Source of the DNA: Spirochaetia bacterium
Lineage (GTDB): Bacteria > Spirochaetota > Spirochaetia > CAKZLE01
Reading direction: 5' to 3'
Assembly (NCBI GenBank): GCA_963677595.1
Contig: OY782041.1
Span: 3,424,001 to 3,488,000 of the forward strand
DNA length: 64,000 nt
A model generated the notes under the pieces. That model was not told where the DNA came from. It was given only the letters and a program-made list of their open reading frames with translations, and did no database searches. Made by a program: the position numbers and the translations under genes. Shown piece after piece: positions 1-9,658 of this stretch. The first letter of the stretch is position 1, and every line of letters starts with the position of its first letter.

Positions 1-881
1 AGGTCTACCCCGGGAAGTACGAGCCTGCCATGATCCTCAAGCTCCTGATCTCCCAGCGGGTCTCCTACAGCCACTGCGTACCGACGATCTTACACCTCAT
101 CCTGAACTCACCGGCCGCAGCCGAGTTCGACCTCTCGCACTGGACCGTGATCATCGGGGGCGCCGCCCTGCCGAAGGCGACAGCCCTGCAGGCACTGAAG
201 CGCGGGATCGATGTATCGAGCGGCTACGGTATGTCAGAGACCGCACCGGTCCTCTCAGTCACCCAGCTCTCGAGCAAGGAGCTCGAGCTCGACTTGGAGG
301 AGCAGGCAGCTATCAGGACACGTACCGGGAAGCCAGTAGGCTTGACCCAGATACGGGTCGTCGACGCAGAGGGGAATGAGGTGCCTGCAGATGACCGGAC
401 ACCCGGCGAGATCCTCGTCAGGAATCCCTACCTCTCCATGGGCTACCTTAAGGACCATGTCCACTCGGAGAAGCTCTGGGAGGGCGGCTGGCTCCATACC
501 CATGACGTGGCCTGCGTGAACCGTGAGGGCAGCCTGAGGATCATAGACCGTACGAAGGACGTGATCAAGGTAGGCGGGGAGTGGGTTGGCTCCCTCGATA
601 TCGAGGATGTCATCACCAAGCATGAGAAGGTAGCGGAGTCGGCGGTCATCGCCTATCCCGATACCCAGTGGGGCGAGGTCCCCCTGGCGATCGTGGTGCC
701 TGTTACAGGGGCCGAGATCACCGAGCGGGAGGTCAGGGCGATCGTCATGAACTCCGTCGAGGCCGGCATCCTGCCGCGTGAAGTGGTGACGCTGAAGGTC
801 CGCTTCACCGACATGATCGACAAGACGAGTGTCGGCAAGATCAACAAGATCGCCCTGAGGGAGCGGTTCCTGGAATCATGA
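1..881 (+). CDS. Acyl-CoA synthetase / fatty-acid--CoA ligase (AMP-forming), 5' end lies outside the window
   Basis: The frame is open from base 3 (VYPGKYEP...). ANL-family motifs GYGMSET, GWLHTHD, DRTKDVIKVGGEW and the C-terminal KTSVGKINK. Confidence 0.9.
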   Translation, partial: VYPGKYEPAMILKLLISQRVSYSHCVPTILHLILNSPAAAEFDLSHWTVIIGGAALPKATALQALKRGIDVSSGYGMSETAPVLSVTQLSSKELELDLEEQAAIRTRTGKPVGLTQIRVVDAEGNEVPADDRTPGEILVRNPYLSMGYLKDHVHSEKLWEGGWLHTHDVACVNREGSLRIIDRTKDVIKVGGEWVGSLDIEDVITKHEKVAESAVIAYPDTQWGEVPLAIVVPVTGAEITEREVRAIVMNSVEAGILPREVVTLKVRFTDMIDKTSVGKINKIALRERFLES

Positions 882-912
882 TCACAGGATGCGTGAACAC
901 TGTGTGACATGA

Positions 913-940
913 AGAGAGACCGGCAGCAGCCGGTCTCTCT
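913..940. terminator. Bidirectional hairpin between convergent genes
   Basis: Perfect 12-bp stem AGAGAGACCGGC-agca-GCCGGTCTCTCT. Confidence 0.75.
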
Positions 941-965
941 CTAGTGATTACGTCGTTGTTCGTGT

Positions 966-2018
966 TCAGCCGTTCGGGTGGATGACGATCTTCATCGCCT
1001 CTGCATCGTTCAGGGCCTCGTCGAGGGCTTCGAAGTACTCTTCGAGGGGGTAGATCTTCGAGATGACCGGGGCTGAGTCGATTCGTTTTTGCTCCAGGAT
1101 GTCGAGACAGTCCTGGAAGTGGTACATCTGCAGCGGTGCGCTCAGGATCTTCAGTCCCTTCCTGATCAACAGGCCCGGGGAGACTGCTACCGTCTTCGGC
1201 TCGAAGTAGAAGAAGGAGTAGAGGACATAGCGGCCAAAGGGCGCGAGCAGGTTGATGCAGCTGTCGAACATGGGTCCGTCATCCCCTGCAGCGTCGATGA
1301 TCACGTCGACCCCATGGGGGAAGAGTTCCTTCAGTGCCTCCTCATGCTTGCTGTAGTCATCAGCGTCGACGAGGATGGTCTCTATGCCGCAGGCTGCGAT
1401 GCGATCAAGCTTGGACTGGATGAGGTCGAGTGAGACGACCCTCCCGGCACCGGAACTCTTCGCGAGCTGCGCGATCAGGTTCCCGCTCGAGCCGCAGCCG
1501 ATGACGGCGACACTGTCCCCGGGCTTGATCTCAGCATGGCTCACGCAGCTGTGGGCGCAATTGAGCAGCTCACTCAAGCAGGCGCTGTCGAAGCTGATGC
1601 TCTCAGGGAAGGGATAGACCTTGTCGGCCCTGCAGATGATGTACTGGGCGAACCCTCCCTGCATATTATGACCCTGCGCCTTATAGTTCTCGCACATCGT
1701 CGGCATGCCCATACGGCAGTAGTAGCAGGTACCGCACTGGTAGCCGTTATCGGCAGTGATCCGATCCCCGACCGAGACATGCGTGACATCCTTGCCCACT
1801 GCCGCGACCACGCCGGCGAACTCATGTCCAGGTGTGGCGGGATAGACCCCGAGCAGGGACCCGTTGCGGTCATGGCTGCTCTCCGCAGGCTTGCAGATAC
1901 CGCAGGCCATGACCTTCATCAGGACCTCATTGTCCTTGCAGGTCGGTACGGGTATCTCCTTCACGCTTCCATTCGCCCTTCCGGGCTTCTCATAGACAAC
2001 TGCTTTCATCATTTCCAT
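966..2018 (-). CDS. Zn-dependent medium-chain alcohol/polyol dehydrogenase
   Basis: GHEFAG catalytic-Zn motif, CGTCYYC...C structural Zn site, VIGCGSSG NAD-binding loop. Confidence 0.9.
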   Translation of the reverse strand: MEMMKAVVYEKPGRANGSVKEIPVPTCKDNEVLMKVMACGICKPAESSHDRNGSLLGVYPATPGHEFAGVVAAVGKDVTHVSVGDRITADNGYQCGTCYYCRMGMPTMCENYKAQGHNMQGGFAQYIICRADKVYPFPESISFDSACLSELLNCAHSCVSHAEIKPGDSVAVIGCGSSGNLIAQLAKSSGAGRVVSLDLIQSKLDRIAACGIETILVDADDYSKHEEALKELFPHGVDVIIDAAGDDGPMFDSCINLLAPFGRYVLYSFFYFEPKTVAVSPGLLIRKGLKILSAPLQMYHFQDCLDILEQKRIDSAPVISKIYPLEEYFEALDEALNDAEAMKIVIHPNG

Positions 2019-2045
2019 ATCGTTAGTATACCATCCTTTGTGTTA

Positions 2046-3347
2046 TTATTTCAGGAGACTCGGGAGCCAGGTCGACAGTCCCGGGATGAAGATCATCAGC
2101 AGCAGGACGAACACACAGCATCCCAGGTACGGCCAGATGTAATAGACGACCTTGGTGAACTCCACCCGCTTCATCTTCGTCGTGACGAAGATGTTGACGC
2201 AGAACGGAGGAGAGATGGCTCCGATACAGAGGTTCACGAGGATGAGACCCGCAAGCTGTACCTGGTCGATCGCATAGGCATCGGCGATGGGTGTGAGCAG
2301 CGGGACGAACAGCAGAATAGCCGCATAACTGTCGATGAACATACCGCAGATGATGAAGAGTACCTGCACGATGAGCAGGAAGACGATCGGTGAGTGTATG
2401 TTTGCCGTCATCCATACGACGAGTTCCTCAGAGATGCCTGAGAAGGCGATCGCCTTCTGGGCCAGAGAACCTGCGGTCATGATGAAGAGGATGATACCGG
2501 TGAGGCTGATGGCGAACTTCATCATGTCCCGTACGGTGCCGCTGACGAGGTTCGGGTTCATCCGCTTCCGGATGAGGTAGTACCCCAGGCCGTAGACGGC
2601 AGAGATAGCCCCTGCCTCGGTTGCCGTGAAGACTCCGCCGTAAATACCGCCGAAGATGATGATCGGCATGAGGAGTGCCGGGAACGCCTTGTAGGTGCTC
2701 ACCCCGATGTTCTCCACATACTTGCTCATCACCAGCGGTTCGGTGTTCTTGGGCTCGACCTTGATCCGGTGGAAGTAGTTGACGATCGAGTAGAAGAGCG
2801 CGATGAGCAGGCCGGGGATCAGGGTGGCCATCCAGGCATCGGCGATACTGATGTTCGATGCCATGGCATAGATGATACCGGTCATGCTCGGAGGTATGAG
2901 GACCCCGAGGAAGCCCGCGGCCGCCATCAAGGCTGCCTGGTAGGCAGGCTCGTAGCCTCGCTTGTCCATCTCCGGGAAGACGATCTTGCTGATAGATGCG
3001 ATCGTGGCCTGGGTGGATCCAGTCAAAGCCCCGAATGCGGCACTAGCGAAGATCGCGACCGTACCGACAGATCCCCGCACACGCCCGACGAAGGCATCGA
3101 TGAACTTGAAGATACTCCTGGAGATCCCCGAGTACTCCATGATCGCACCTGCGAAGAGGAAGAAAGGGATAGCAAGGAGGTCGAAGTTGTTCGTTCCGTA
3201 GAACGCCGACTGTGCCAGGCTGTTGGTCGAGTAGCCGAAGATCAGGAAGACCGCGGTTGCCCCGAGCCCGATGGCGAACCCGACAGGGACACGGAACAGC
3301 AGGGCCGTTCCCAAGAAGATCAGGATGAATATAAGTAGGACTTCCAT
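2046..3347 (-). CDS. dctM: TRAP transporter large permease (DctM)
   Basis: 433 aa, hydrophobic; LLAIPFFLFAGAIM, LIPPS and TATEAGA motifs. Confidence 0.93.
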   Translation of the reverse strand: MEVLLIFILIFLGTALLFRVPVGFAIGLGATAVFLIFGYSTNSLAQSAFYGTNNFDLLAIPFFLFAGAIMEYSGISRSIFKFIDAFVGRVRGSVGTVAIFASAAFGALTGSTQATIASISKIVFPEMDKRGYEPAYQAALMAAAGFLGVLIPPSMTGIIYAMASNISIADAWMATLIPGLLIALFYSIVNYFHRIKVEPKNTEPLVMSKYVENIGVSTYKAFPALLMPIIIFGGIYGGVFTATEAGAISAVYGLGYYLIRKRMNPNLVSGTVRDMMKFAISLTGIILFIMTAGSLAQKAIAFSGISEELVVWMTANIHSPIVFLLIVQVLFIICGMFIDSYAAILLFVPLLTPIADAYAIDQVQLAGLILVNLCIGAISPPFCVNIFVTTKMKRVEFTKVVYYIWPYLGCCVFVLLLMIFIPGLSTWLPSLLK

Positions 3348-3350
3348 ATG

Positions 3351-3926
3351 CTATTTCTCCTCCGTTCCTTTCTTCTGGTTCTCTGCGTTGATGACATCAC
3401 TCCAGTGTTCCCTCGGGAGCAGCAGGTTGCAGAGGGTATGTATGAATATGAGCAGACCGCCGATGATGACGAAACTCATGGGTATCCACATCTTGAACGG
3501 GAGGGCGACTGCAGCAGTCCCGATCTTGGCCATCTTGAACACGAACCGTGTATAGTAGAACATGAACACGCCAAGGAAGGACATGGAGAGCAGTTTCGAG
3601 ATCCTGTCAGTGATCGCGAGGATCTTGTCCGGGTTCTTCGTATGTTTCTTGACCAGGGCACCGAGGATGTCGATCTCAAGGTGGTCCCCGTTTGATGCTG
3701 CATAAGCAGCCCCGAGCCAGCCAAGCAGGATGAGCAGGTACCTGGCTGCCTCATCCGACCATGGCATCGAGATCTTGAAGACATACCGTGCCAGGATGAA
3801 GACGATGACCATGACCACCAGCAGCCACATGGTGATCATGGACAATACAGACTCAGCTGTACCGATATTCTTGTTCAGTTTATAGATAAAACGGTGAAAC
3901 TTATTAGTGAACTCTGGTTGTTTCAT
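3351..3926 (-). CDS. dctQ: TRAP transporter small permease (DctQ)
   Basis: Four TM segments, ARYVF...PWSDEAARY, HLEID; lies between dctP and dctM. Confidence 0.9.
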   Translation of the reverse strand: MKQPEFTNKFHRFIYKLNKNIGTAESVLSMITMWLLVVMVIVFILARYVFKISMPWSDEAARYLLILLGWLGAAYAASNGDHLEIDILGALVKKHTKNPDKILAITDRISKLLSMSFLGVFMFYYTRFVFKMAKIGTAAVALPFKMWIPMSFVIIGGLLIFIHTLCNLLLPREHWSDVINAENQKKGTEEK

Positions 3927-3981
3927 TGGTTGTTAACCTTTCTCATTAGGAATGGGAGAGCTGATGCCCCGCCTGCACCAG

Positions 3982-4009
3982 GTACAGGGAAGCCGATGCT
4001 TCCCTGTAC
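3982..4009 (-). terminator. Intercistronic stem-loop after dctP (stabiliser or partial terminator)
   Basis: GTACAGGGAAGC-cgat-GCTTCCCTGTAC. Confidence 0.6.
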
Positions 4010-4028
4010 GTAGTGTGATCATTCGATA

Positions 4029-5054
4029 CTACATATTCTCTTTGAAGATGCGCTCCATAGCTACCGGATCGAAGATGTCACGGTACTCTTCCCAGACATC
4101 GTAGGCAATAGCCTGCATTGCAGCCTGCATCTCTGCGCTCGGTTCGACGACGGTGATCGTCGGGTCGTCTACGCACTTCTGTACCCAGGTATCAGCGATG
4201 CCCCTCCAGGTTGCCCTGAGGTTCGCTGCGGTCTCGAAGCATGCATCGGTGATGATCTCTTTCTGTGCATCGCTCAGCTTGTCAGAGAACTCGCCGTTAG
4301 CTACCCAGTAGGTGGTCCCGTACATATCCCAGGTGAGGAGGATCCAGTCGATGACCTCTTCGAGCTTGAAGATCTGTGAAGCGGGGATGTTGTTGTGGAC
4401 AGCATCCATGGTCCCCTGCTGGAGGCCGGTGTACATGTTCACACCACTGATAGGCAGGGCTCCAAGAGCCTGGAAGTAGCTGTGGTGGAATGGGATGTCC
4501 GGTACGCGGACAGTCAGGCCCTTGAGGTCTTCCATAGAGTTGATCGGGTCACCGGTACCTTCGAGTACCTTCAGACCGAACTCTCCCGGACAGATCAGAT
4601 CTACGCCGTTCTCTGCAGCGACTTCTTTCTGTCGTTCGAACATCCACCCGGTGTTGAACTCGTCAACATCGTCCCAGGAAGTGATCAGGCCAGGCAGACA
4701 AGGCCAGGACATACCGACGTTGGGGACGAGCCAGTCAAGGGCATCGATAGACATGACTGACATGTCGATATCGCCCATGAGCATCAGCTGGCTAGCTTCA
4801 CGCTCGCCGCCGAGGGTCCCGGCCGGGGTGATATTACAGGTGATCGCCCCATTGGAACGTTCCTTCACCAGGTCCGCAAACTGTGATACCGTCTCCATGA
4901 TAAATGGGTCCGCTACCCCGTGATAGATATTTATCTTGAGCGGTGCGATCCCGCCGTCATCTGCAGCTGCAGCCGTCTCGGACTGTCCGCCTGCGAAGAC
5001 CATGGTGAAGCTCATCAGCATGATGAGTGACAACACAAGTACCTTTTTCATCAT
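4029..5054 (-). CDS. dctP: TRAP transporter substrate-binding protein (DctP)
   Basis: Signal peptide; GTLGGERE, DLKGLTVRVP, MYTGLQQGTMD. Confidence 0.9.
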   Translation of the reverse strand: MMKKVLVLSLIMLMSFTMVFAGGQSETAAAADDGGIAPLKINIYHGVADPFIMETVSQFADLVKERSNGAITCNITPAGTLGGEREASQLMLMGDIDMSVMSIDALDWLVPNVGMSWPCLPGLITSWDDVDEFNTGWMFERQKEVAAENGVDLICPGEFGLKVLEGTGDPINSMEDLKGLTVRVPDIPFHHSYFQALGALPISGVNMYTGLQQGTMDAVHNNIPASQIFKLEEVIDWILLTWDMYGTTYWVANGEFSDKLSDAQKEIITDACFETAANLRATWRGIADTWVQKCVDDPTITVVEPSAEMQAAMQAIAYDVWEEYRDIFDPVAMERIFKENM

Positions 5055-5342
5055 CTCCTACACTCCTATGTTTGTTGATTGTTTATTGAACACTAGAAAA
5101 GTGCAAATAAACTATCATTATGTTATCATAAATAATCATAAAGTCAACATGAAAATGTAAAATACCTATATGATACTGATTGTCAGGATGTAATAATTAT
5201 ACGCAACATCTGTGAACATGTGAAGGAAGGAAGATTATTCCTTATCCTGTAGAGTGATCCTATAGTGTCCTGCTATACCATAACAGTGCAGAGTGCAGTT
5301 ATTCGCCGGCATATGTCATGATATGAAGTGAACAAAAATAAA

Positions 5343-5370
5343 GACCCTGGCCAGATCATTGGCCAGGGTC
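5343..5370 (-). terminator. Rho-independent terminator of the 5390-5827 gene
   Basis: GACCCTGGCCA-gatcat-TGGCCAGGGTC, preceded by an A-rich run (a U-tract on the minus strand). Confidence 0.75.
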
Positions 5371-5389
5371 CCTGCGCTGGTATGTGGTG

Positions 5390-5827
5390 TTACGCAGCCC
5401 GTTTTCGTGTATGCCGCGGGAGGTCGTTCCCGGCAGTCTTGCTGAAGAGCCTGACGAACCAGTTGGTGCTTGCCTTGTAGATATAGTCAGCCACTGCATC
5501 CTCTGCAAGGGTGTCCTTGTCTTCCTGCATCATGGAGAACCAGTGCTCTGATACGTTGAGGTAGAGTTCCATCATAGTCCGCTTTCGGAATGCCAGTTTC
5601 ACCATGAGGGTGTCGAGTTCATAGGTCAGGGGAACATAGATGTTCTCATAGTACATGAAGAGCATATCATCGAAGGAGAACTCACAGTTGTATCTCTTCT
5701 GTGTCTCGTTATTGTAGAAGTTGATGTGGTCAAGGAGCGTGTTCCATCCCTCGTCACTGCCCATGACCATGCCGACGTTGGTAAAAGCATTCTCAACATA
5801 TTGTCTCTTGTCAGTTATCTGTGACAT
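5390..5827 (-). CDS. Hypothetical protein resembling the DUF4032-like helical domain
   Basis: AGGAG RBS. The pattern LLDHI...SFDD...YYENIYVP...T..ELYL.VSEHW recalls DUF4032-type C-terminal domains (recognised by eye). Confidence 0.55.
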   Translation of the reverse strand: MSQITDKRQYVENAFTNVGMVMGSDEGWNTLLDHINFYNNETQKRYNCEFSFDDMLFMYYENIYVPLTYELDTLMVKLAFRKRTMMELYLNVSEHWFSMMQEDKDTLAEDAVADYIYKASTNWFVRLFSKTAGNDLPRHTRKRAA

Positions 5828-6001
5828 GCGCCACTCCTTAAAAAGTATTTATTTATCGATACCATACGGTATATCGAAAAATAAATCAATATATTCAAGA
5901 AGAAAATGCTTGACAAATATGACATTTCACCCATATCTAATAAAAGATTCGATAATCCTCAAAAAAACAAAGAGAATACTCATAGATATATAAGTGTGCA
6001 G

Positions 6002-7003
6002 TCAATGCAGGCGCTTGAAGAAATCCTTTCCGTAGGATGCCAGCTCATCCTCGTAGATCGCCTTGACCTCGGGATAGATCGGGATGAAGTTCGGGATGCA
6101 CGGGATGAAGTGCCCTGCCGGGCAGTACTCGTCGATGCAGCGCCGTACCTCAGAACGGATTAGCTCTTCGTGTGCATCGGGTATGTCGATGAGCTGGGCA
6201 TCGATCCCGCCGATCAGCGCCATCCTGCCCTGTAGGGTCTCCTGGATGGCCGGGATATCATTCTGGGGGATGCCCCCCTGCCAGGCGTCCATCCCCATCT
6301 CTGCCATATCCTCCACGATGGGTTCACAGAAGCTGTCTGAGTGGTGGATGTAGATGATCCCCGCTGCCTTGATACAGTCCACGATCCGCTGCTGGTGGGG
6401 TTTGATCAGCTGTCTCCAGAGGTCGGGATGCATGAAGAGGCTCTCTTTGGTACCCCAGTCGTCATGGAAGATGATCACGTCGGGATGGATATGGGATATG
6501 ACCTGCCGCAGGTGTTCGAGCTTCCAGTCCGCGATAGCCCCAAGGAGGTCATACATATGGTCCGGTTCGAGCATATAGTTCACCAGGGCGTCCTGGAAGC
6601 CCATCAGGTAGTGCGTTCGTTCGAACAGCCCCCCGATGAGCATGGCCCCGACGAGGTACTCGCTGCGATCCACCCCAGCAGCACAGGCCTCAGCCTGGGT
6701 CCAGTCCTGGCCAGTGAGGGGTGGGAGGACCAACTGTTCCCGCCACCTCGTGATGTCCTTCACTGCCTTGTTTCCCTCGGTGATGAAGGGATTGGGGAAG
6801 CTGTGCCCATCAGTGGTCTTCCAGGTGACACCCCAGGGGTCGAGGAACTCGCCCGGGACAGCGGGGGCTTCGCTCTCCTGGGTGATGGGGTCGGTGACGA
6901 TATGGCCGTTCATGAAATCCCCCTGGAATGCCTCCCAGGGATCAGCTATCCATCCGGGGCTGTCATGATGCAGCAGGCGAAGCCAGTTCTCTCTCTTCGT
7001 CAT
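6002..7003 (-). CDS. Uroporphyrinogen-decarboxylase/MtaA-CmuA (MT2) family protein
   Basis: Start moved to MTKREN (AGGGAG RBS). DPWGVTW, GLFERTHYLMG, HDDWG, HHSDS and GGIDAQ motifs. Confidence 0.85.
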   Translation of the reverse strand: MTKRENWLRLLHHDSPGWIADPWEAFQGDFMNGHIVTDPITQESEAPAVPGEFLDPWGVTWKTTDGHSFPNPFITEGNKAVKDITRWREQLVLPPLTGQDWTQAEACAAGVDRSEYLVGAMLIGGLFERTHYLMGFQDALVNYMLEPDHMYDLLGAIADWKLEHLRQVISHIHPDVIIFHDDWGTKESLFMHPDLWRQLIKPHQQRIVDCIKAAGIIYIHHSDSFCEPIVEDMAEMGMDAWQGGIPQNDIPAIQETLQGRMALIGGIDAQLIDIPDAHEELIRSEVRRCIDEYCPAGHFIPCIPNFIPIYPEVKAIYEDELASYGKDFFKRLH

Positions 7004-7130
7004 AGATGTATGCTCCCTGTGGTGTTCTGCAATATACAATGATCAGATATCTACACTAATATGATATGTTAGATTCAAAGAGAACGCAATCATAATGTGA
7101 AACCGGACAAGGGGTATGGTCCGGGTCAGG

Positions 7131-7562
7131 TCACTTCTGGATCTGGAGGATGCTCGTCAGCACGATCAGGTGCAGTACCGCCGTCTCGATCCAACCGATC
7201 CAGTCAGAACCGTCGAAGTTGCCGAAATCGATGGTCAGGATATCGAGGATGACGATGAGCGCCAGCCAGAAGACCAGGATGACAGCAGTGGCCGTCTTGC
7301 CGAGCTTTGCAGGGATGGCCTTGACGAAGAGCTTCGCGGCGAGGAAGACTCCGCAGATCAGTTCGAACCCCGATATGATATAGGTCAGCAGTTCCCGGTC
7401 CCCGCCGAACATGTTCGAGACCTCACGTGAGAGATCGCTGCCGATCCCGTCGCCAGATGAGAACCCGGTGATCCCCATCGCGAGGAGGAGGAGGGCGAGA
7501 AGGACCTGCAGTACATTCTTCGACGCGAGTCCCTGGAGCTTGACTGTTGGGTCTTTTGCCAT
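7131..7562 (-). CDS. Hypothetical membrane protein (about 4 TM)
   Basis: AAGGAG RBS, hydrophobic segments, genome-like codon usage. Confidence 0.75.
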   Translation of the reverse strand: MAKDPTVKLQGLASKNVLQVLLALLLLAMGITGFSSGDGIGSDLSREVSNMFGGDRELLTYIISGFELICGVFLAAKLFVKAIPAKLGKTATAVILVFWLALIVILDILTIDFGNFDGSDWIGWIETAVLHLIVLTSILQIQK

Positions 7563-7775
7563 AGTATTCTCTCCTTATGCATTCATACCTGTCGTAAGTA
7601 TACCGTATAATGACCTGGAATAGCATAAATAGCTTATGAATTTAGCACAGCTGGATACCGATTACGGCAGATACAGGCAATCGATAAGAAATGTCTTCAT
7701 ATTATACACTTTCATTTCATCCCTTCTTTGATTTCCACCGGAATCCGTGTATAGTGATAGGGTAAGGAGACCCTG

Positions 7776-8246
7776 ATGCCCGAACGACTCATCGCTGTCA
7801 TACATGGACCGAACCTCAATATGCTTGGATTACGGCAGATCGGTATCTACGGTACCGGGACCATGGAGGACGTCAACCGGGAACTCGCCGCTGAGGCAGA
7901 TTCCCTCGGCTATGAGCTTGAGTTCTTCCAGTCCAACTCGGAAGGGGGGCTGGCAACCTACATCCAGCAGTGCCGGGGTCGTGTATCCGGGATCGTGATC
8001 AATGCAGGGGCCTATACCCACTATTCGGTGGCACTGCGGGATGCCATCAGCTCCTGCGAGGTGAAGACGGTCGAAGTCCATATATCGAACATCCACCAGC
8101 GGGAGAAATTCCGGCACTTCTCGATGATCGCTCCAGTCTGTGTGGGACAGATCTGCGGCTTCGGTCCCTACAGCTATATCCTGGGCCTGCGGGCCCTGGT
8201 CCGCAGGATAGAACGGACAGCCCACAGAAAAGGGGAGAACTCATGA
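7776..8246 (+). CDS. aroQ: Type II 3-dehydroquinate dehydratase, catalytic residues intact
   Basis: HGPNLNMLGLR...IYG, FQSNSEG, INAGAYTHYS, VEVHISNIHQREKFRH; AAGGAG RBS. Confidence 0.95.
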   Translation: MPERLIAVIHGPNLNMLGLRQIGIYGTGTMEDVNRELAAEADSLGYELEFFQSNSEGGLATYIQQCRGRVSGIVINAGAYTHYSVALRDAISSCEVKTVEVHISNIHQREKFRHFSMIAPVCVGQICGFGPYSYILGLRALVRRIERTAHRKGENS

Positions 8247-8683
8247 AGAAATACCTGGTAATATCGGGACCGAACCTGAACCTGCTCGGCCAGCGGAAGA
8301 CCTCCATTTACGGCGGTGTCTCGCTTGCCGAGATCCATGAGGAGCTCGGCAGCCTTGCCGATAAGCTCGGGGTCGAGGTCGAGACCTTCCAGTCGAACTC
8401 GGAGGGGGAGATCATCGACAAGCTGCAGGAATCCCCGGAGACCTGCGACGGCATCATCATCAATGCCGGGGCACTTGCCCACTACAGCTACTCCCTGCGG
8501 AGCGCGCTCGGGGCTACGCTGCTTCCCTGCGTCTCGGTGCAGATGTCCAATGTCTTTGCCCGGGAGGAGGAGTTCCGCCACGAATCTGCCATCGCCTCAG
8601 TCTGTGTGGGGTCGATCGGGGGGTTCGGGATGGACAGTTACCTGCTGGCCCTCGAGGCCCTGGTAAACCTGACGAAAGTATAA
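8243..8683 (+). CDS. aroQ: Second type II dehydroquinase paralogue with a divergent active site
   Basis: True start is MKKYLV at 8243 (ATGA overlap, GGGGAG RBS). GPNLNLLGQR..IYG and FQSNSEG are kept, but EVHISN has become SVQMSN. Confidence 0.88.
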   Translation: MKKYLVISGPNLNLLGQRKTSIYGGVSLAEIHEELGSLADKLGVEVETFQSNSEGEIIDKLQESPETCDGIIINAGALAHYSYSLRSALGATLLPCVSVQMSNVFAREEEFRHESAIASVCVGSIGGFGMDSYLLALEALVNLTKV

Positions 8684-8693
8684 GGGGGCACAG

Positions 8694-9467
8694 ATGGTCG
8701 CAGCATGGGGACGTGTAGCAAACAGTTTCTCAGATCTTACGCAGACAGCACACGATGGGTTCGATTTCTCCCTGCCTCTCCCACGTCTTATCACAGACCT
8801 GGGGGATGATGACTTCGCACGGCTGCAGACCCTTCGTGGGGAGGAGGGAATCTCCCTGGATGTTTGCATGGTCCCGCTCCCTGCATCGATCACAGTCACC
8901 GAACCAGGGTTCAACCTCTATCTCTGGATGGAGAACCTGAAATCCCATATCTCCCGCATCTCAGCACTCGGCTGCCGTACACTCCTGTGGAACAACGGCT
9001 TCGCGAGGATGATCCCGGAGGAGGGATCGATCGCCAGGGCGAAGGACCAGGTGCTCCACTTCCTGAACCTGCTCGGCGGCATCGCCGAGGACTTCGGGAT
9101 GCAGGTGCTCATCGAGCCGCTCAGTCCGGACAGGACGAACTTCCTCAACACCCTCCCCGAGACGGTGGATTTCCTCTCCCAGGTCAACAGGCCCGCCTTT
9201 TCCTGTGCCCTCAGCACCGGGGAGTTGGATATGATCGGGCTCACCCCTGCAGACCTGGCGGGATCCCTTGATATGGTCAGCCTTGTCCTGCTGGGAAAGC
9301 CGCTCTATGCGTATGACGGGACCATCGAGCCAGGCTCCTGGGACCCTGATACGAGCCTGGCTCTCCTGGATACCCTGAAAGCTGCCGGGTATACCGGTAT
9401 GTTCTGTCTTCCTGCCGATGCTGTCGCCTCAGACCTGGTGCAGTGCCGGGAGCACTGGCGCAGCTGA
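8694..9467 (+). CDS. Xylose-isomerase-like TIM-barrel protein (sugar isomerase/epimerase family), divergent
   Basis: IEPLSPDRTNFLNT resembles the EPLNRYE..FINT motif of ketose 3-epimerases. C-terminal LKAAGYTG. Confidence 0.7.
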   Translation: MVAAWGRVANSFSDLTQTAHDGFDFSLPLPRLITDLGDDDFARLQTLRGEEGISLDVCMVPLPASITVTEPGFNLYLWMENLKSHISRISALGCRTLLWNNGFARMIPEEGSIARAKDQVLHFLNLLGGIAEDFGMQVLIEPLSPDRTNFLNTLPETVDFLSQVNRPAFSCALSTGELDMIGLTPADLAGSLDMVSLVLLGKPLYAYDGTIEPGSWDPDTSLALLDTLKAAGYTGMFCLPADAVASDLVQCREHWRS

Positions 9468-9543
9468 CCCTGTCTTAAAAGCAGTAAGATATCGCTTCTT
9501 TTTTACCGATTGAAGAATTTACAATTTCTTTTCTATAAGTAAG

Positions 9544-9571
9544 TTGACATGTGATATATTTGTGTTATTCT
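9544..9571 (+). promoter_or_regulatory. Sigma70-type promoter of the TRAP operon
   Basis: TTGACA at 9544, 16-bp spacer, extended -10 TGnTATTCT. Confidence 0.65.
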
Positions 9572-9572
9572 T

Positions 9573-9584
9573 AGATTATAATCT
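9573..9584. promoter_or_regulatory. Palindromic operator AGATTATAATCT (candidate GntR site 1)
   Basis: Perfect 12-bp palindrome directly after the -10 box. The core recurs at 12630. Confidence 0.6.
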
Positions 9585-9658
9585 GTTTATTTTAACAGGC
9601 ATGGGTGTATTCCTGCAGGTTCTACGGGGCTCATCCATGGGAATTTAAGGAGGAAAGG

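Noticed and set aside
7970-8242. N-terminal extension of the second aroQ in the ORF track
   Set aside because: It overlaps aroQ copy 1 out of frame. The RBS and ATGA coupling place the start at 8243.
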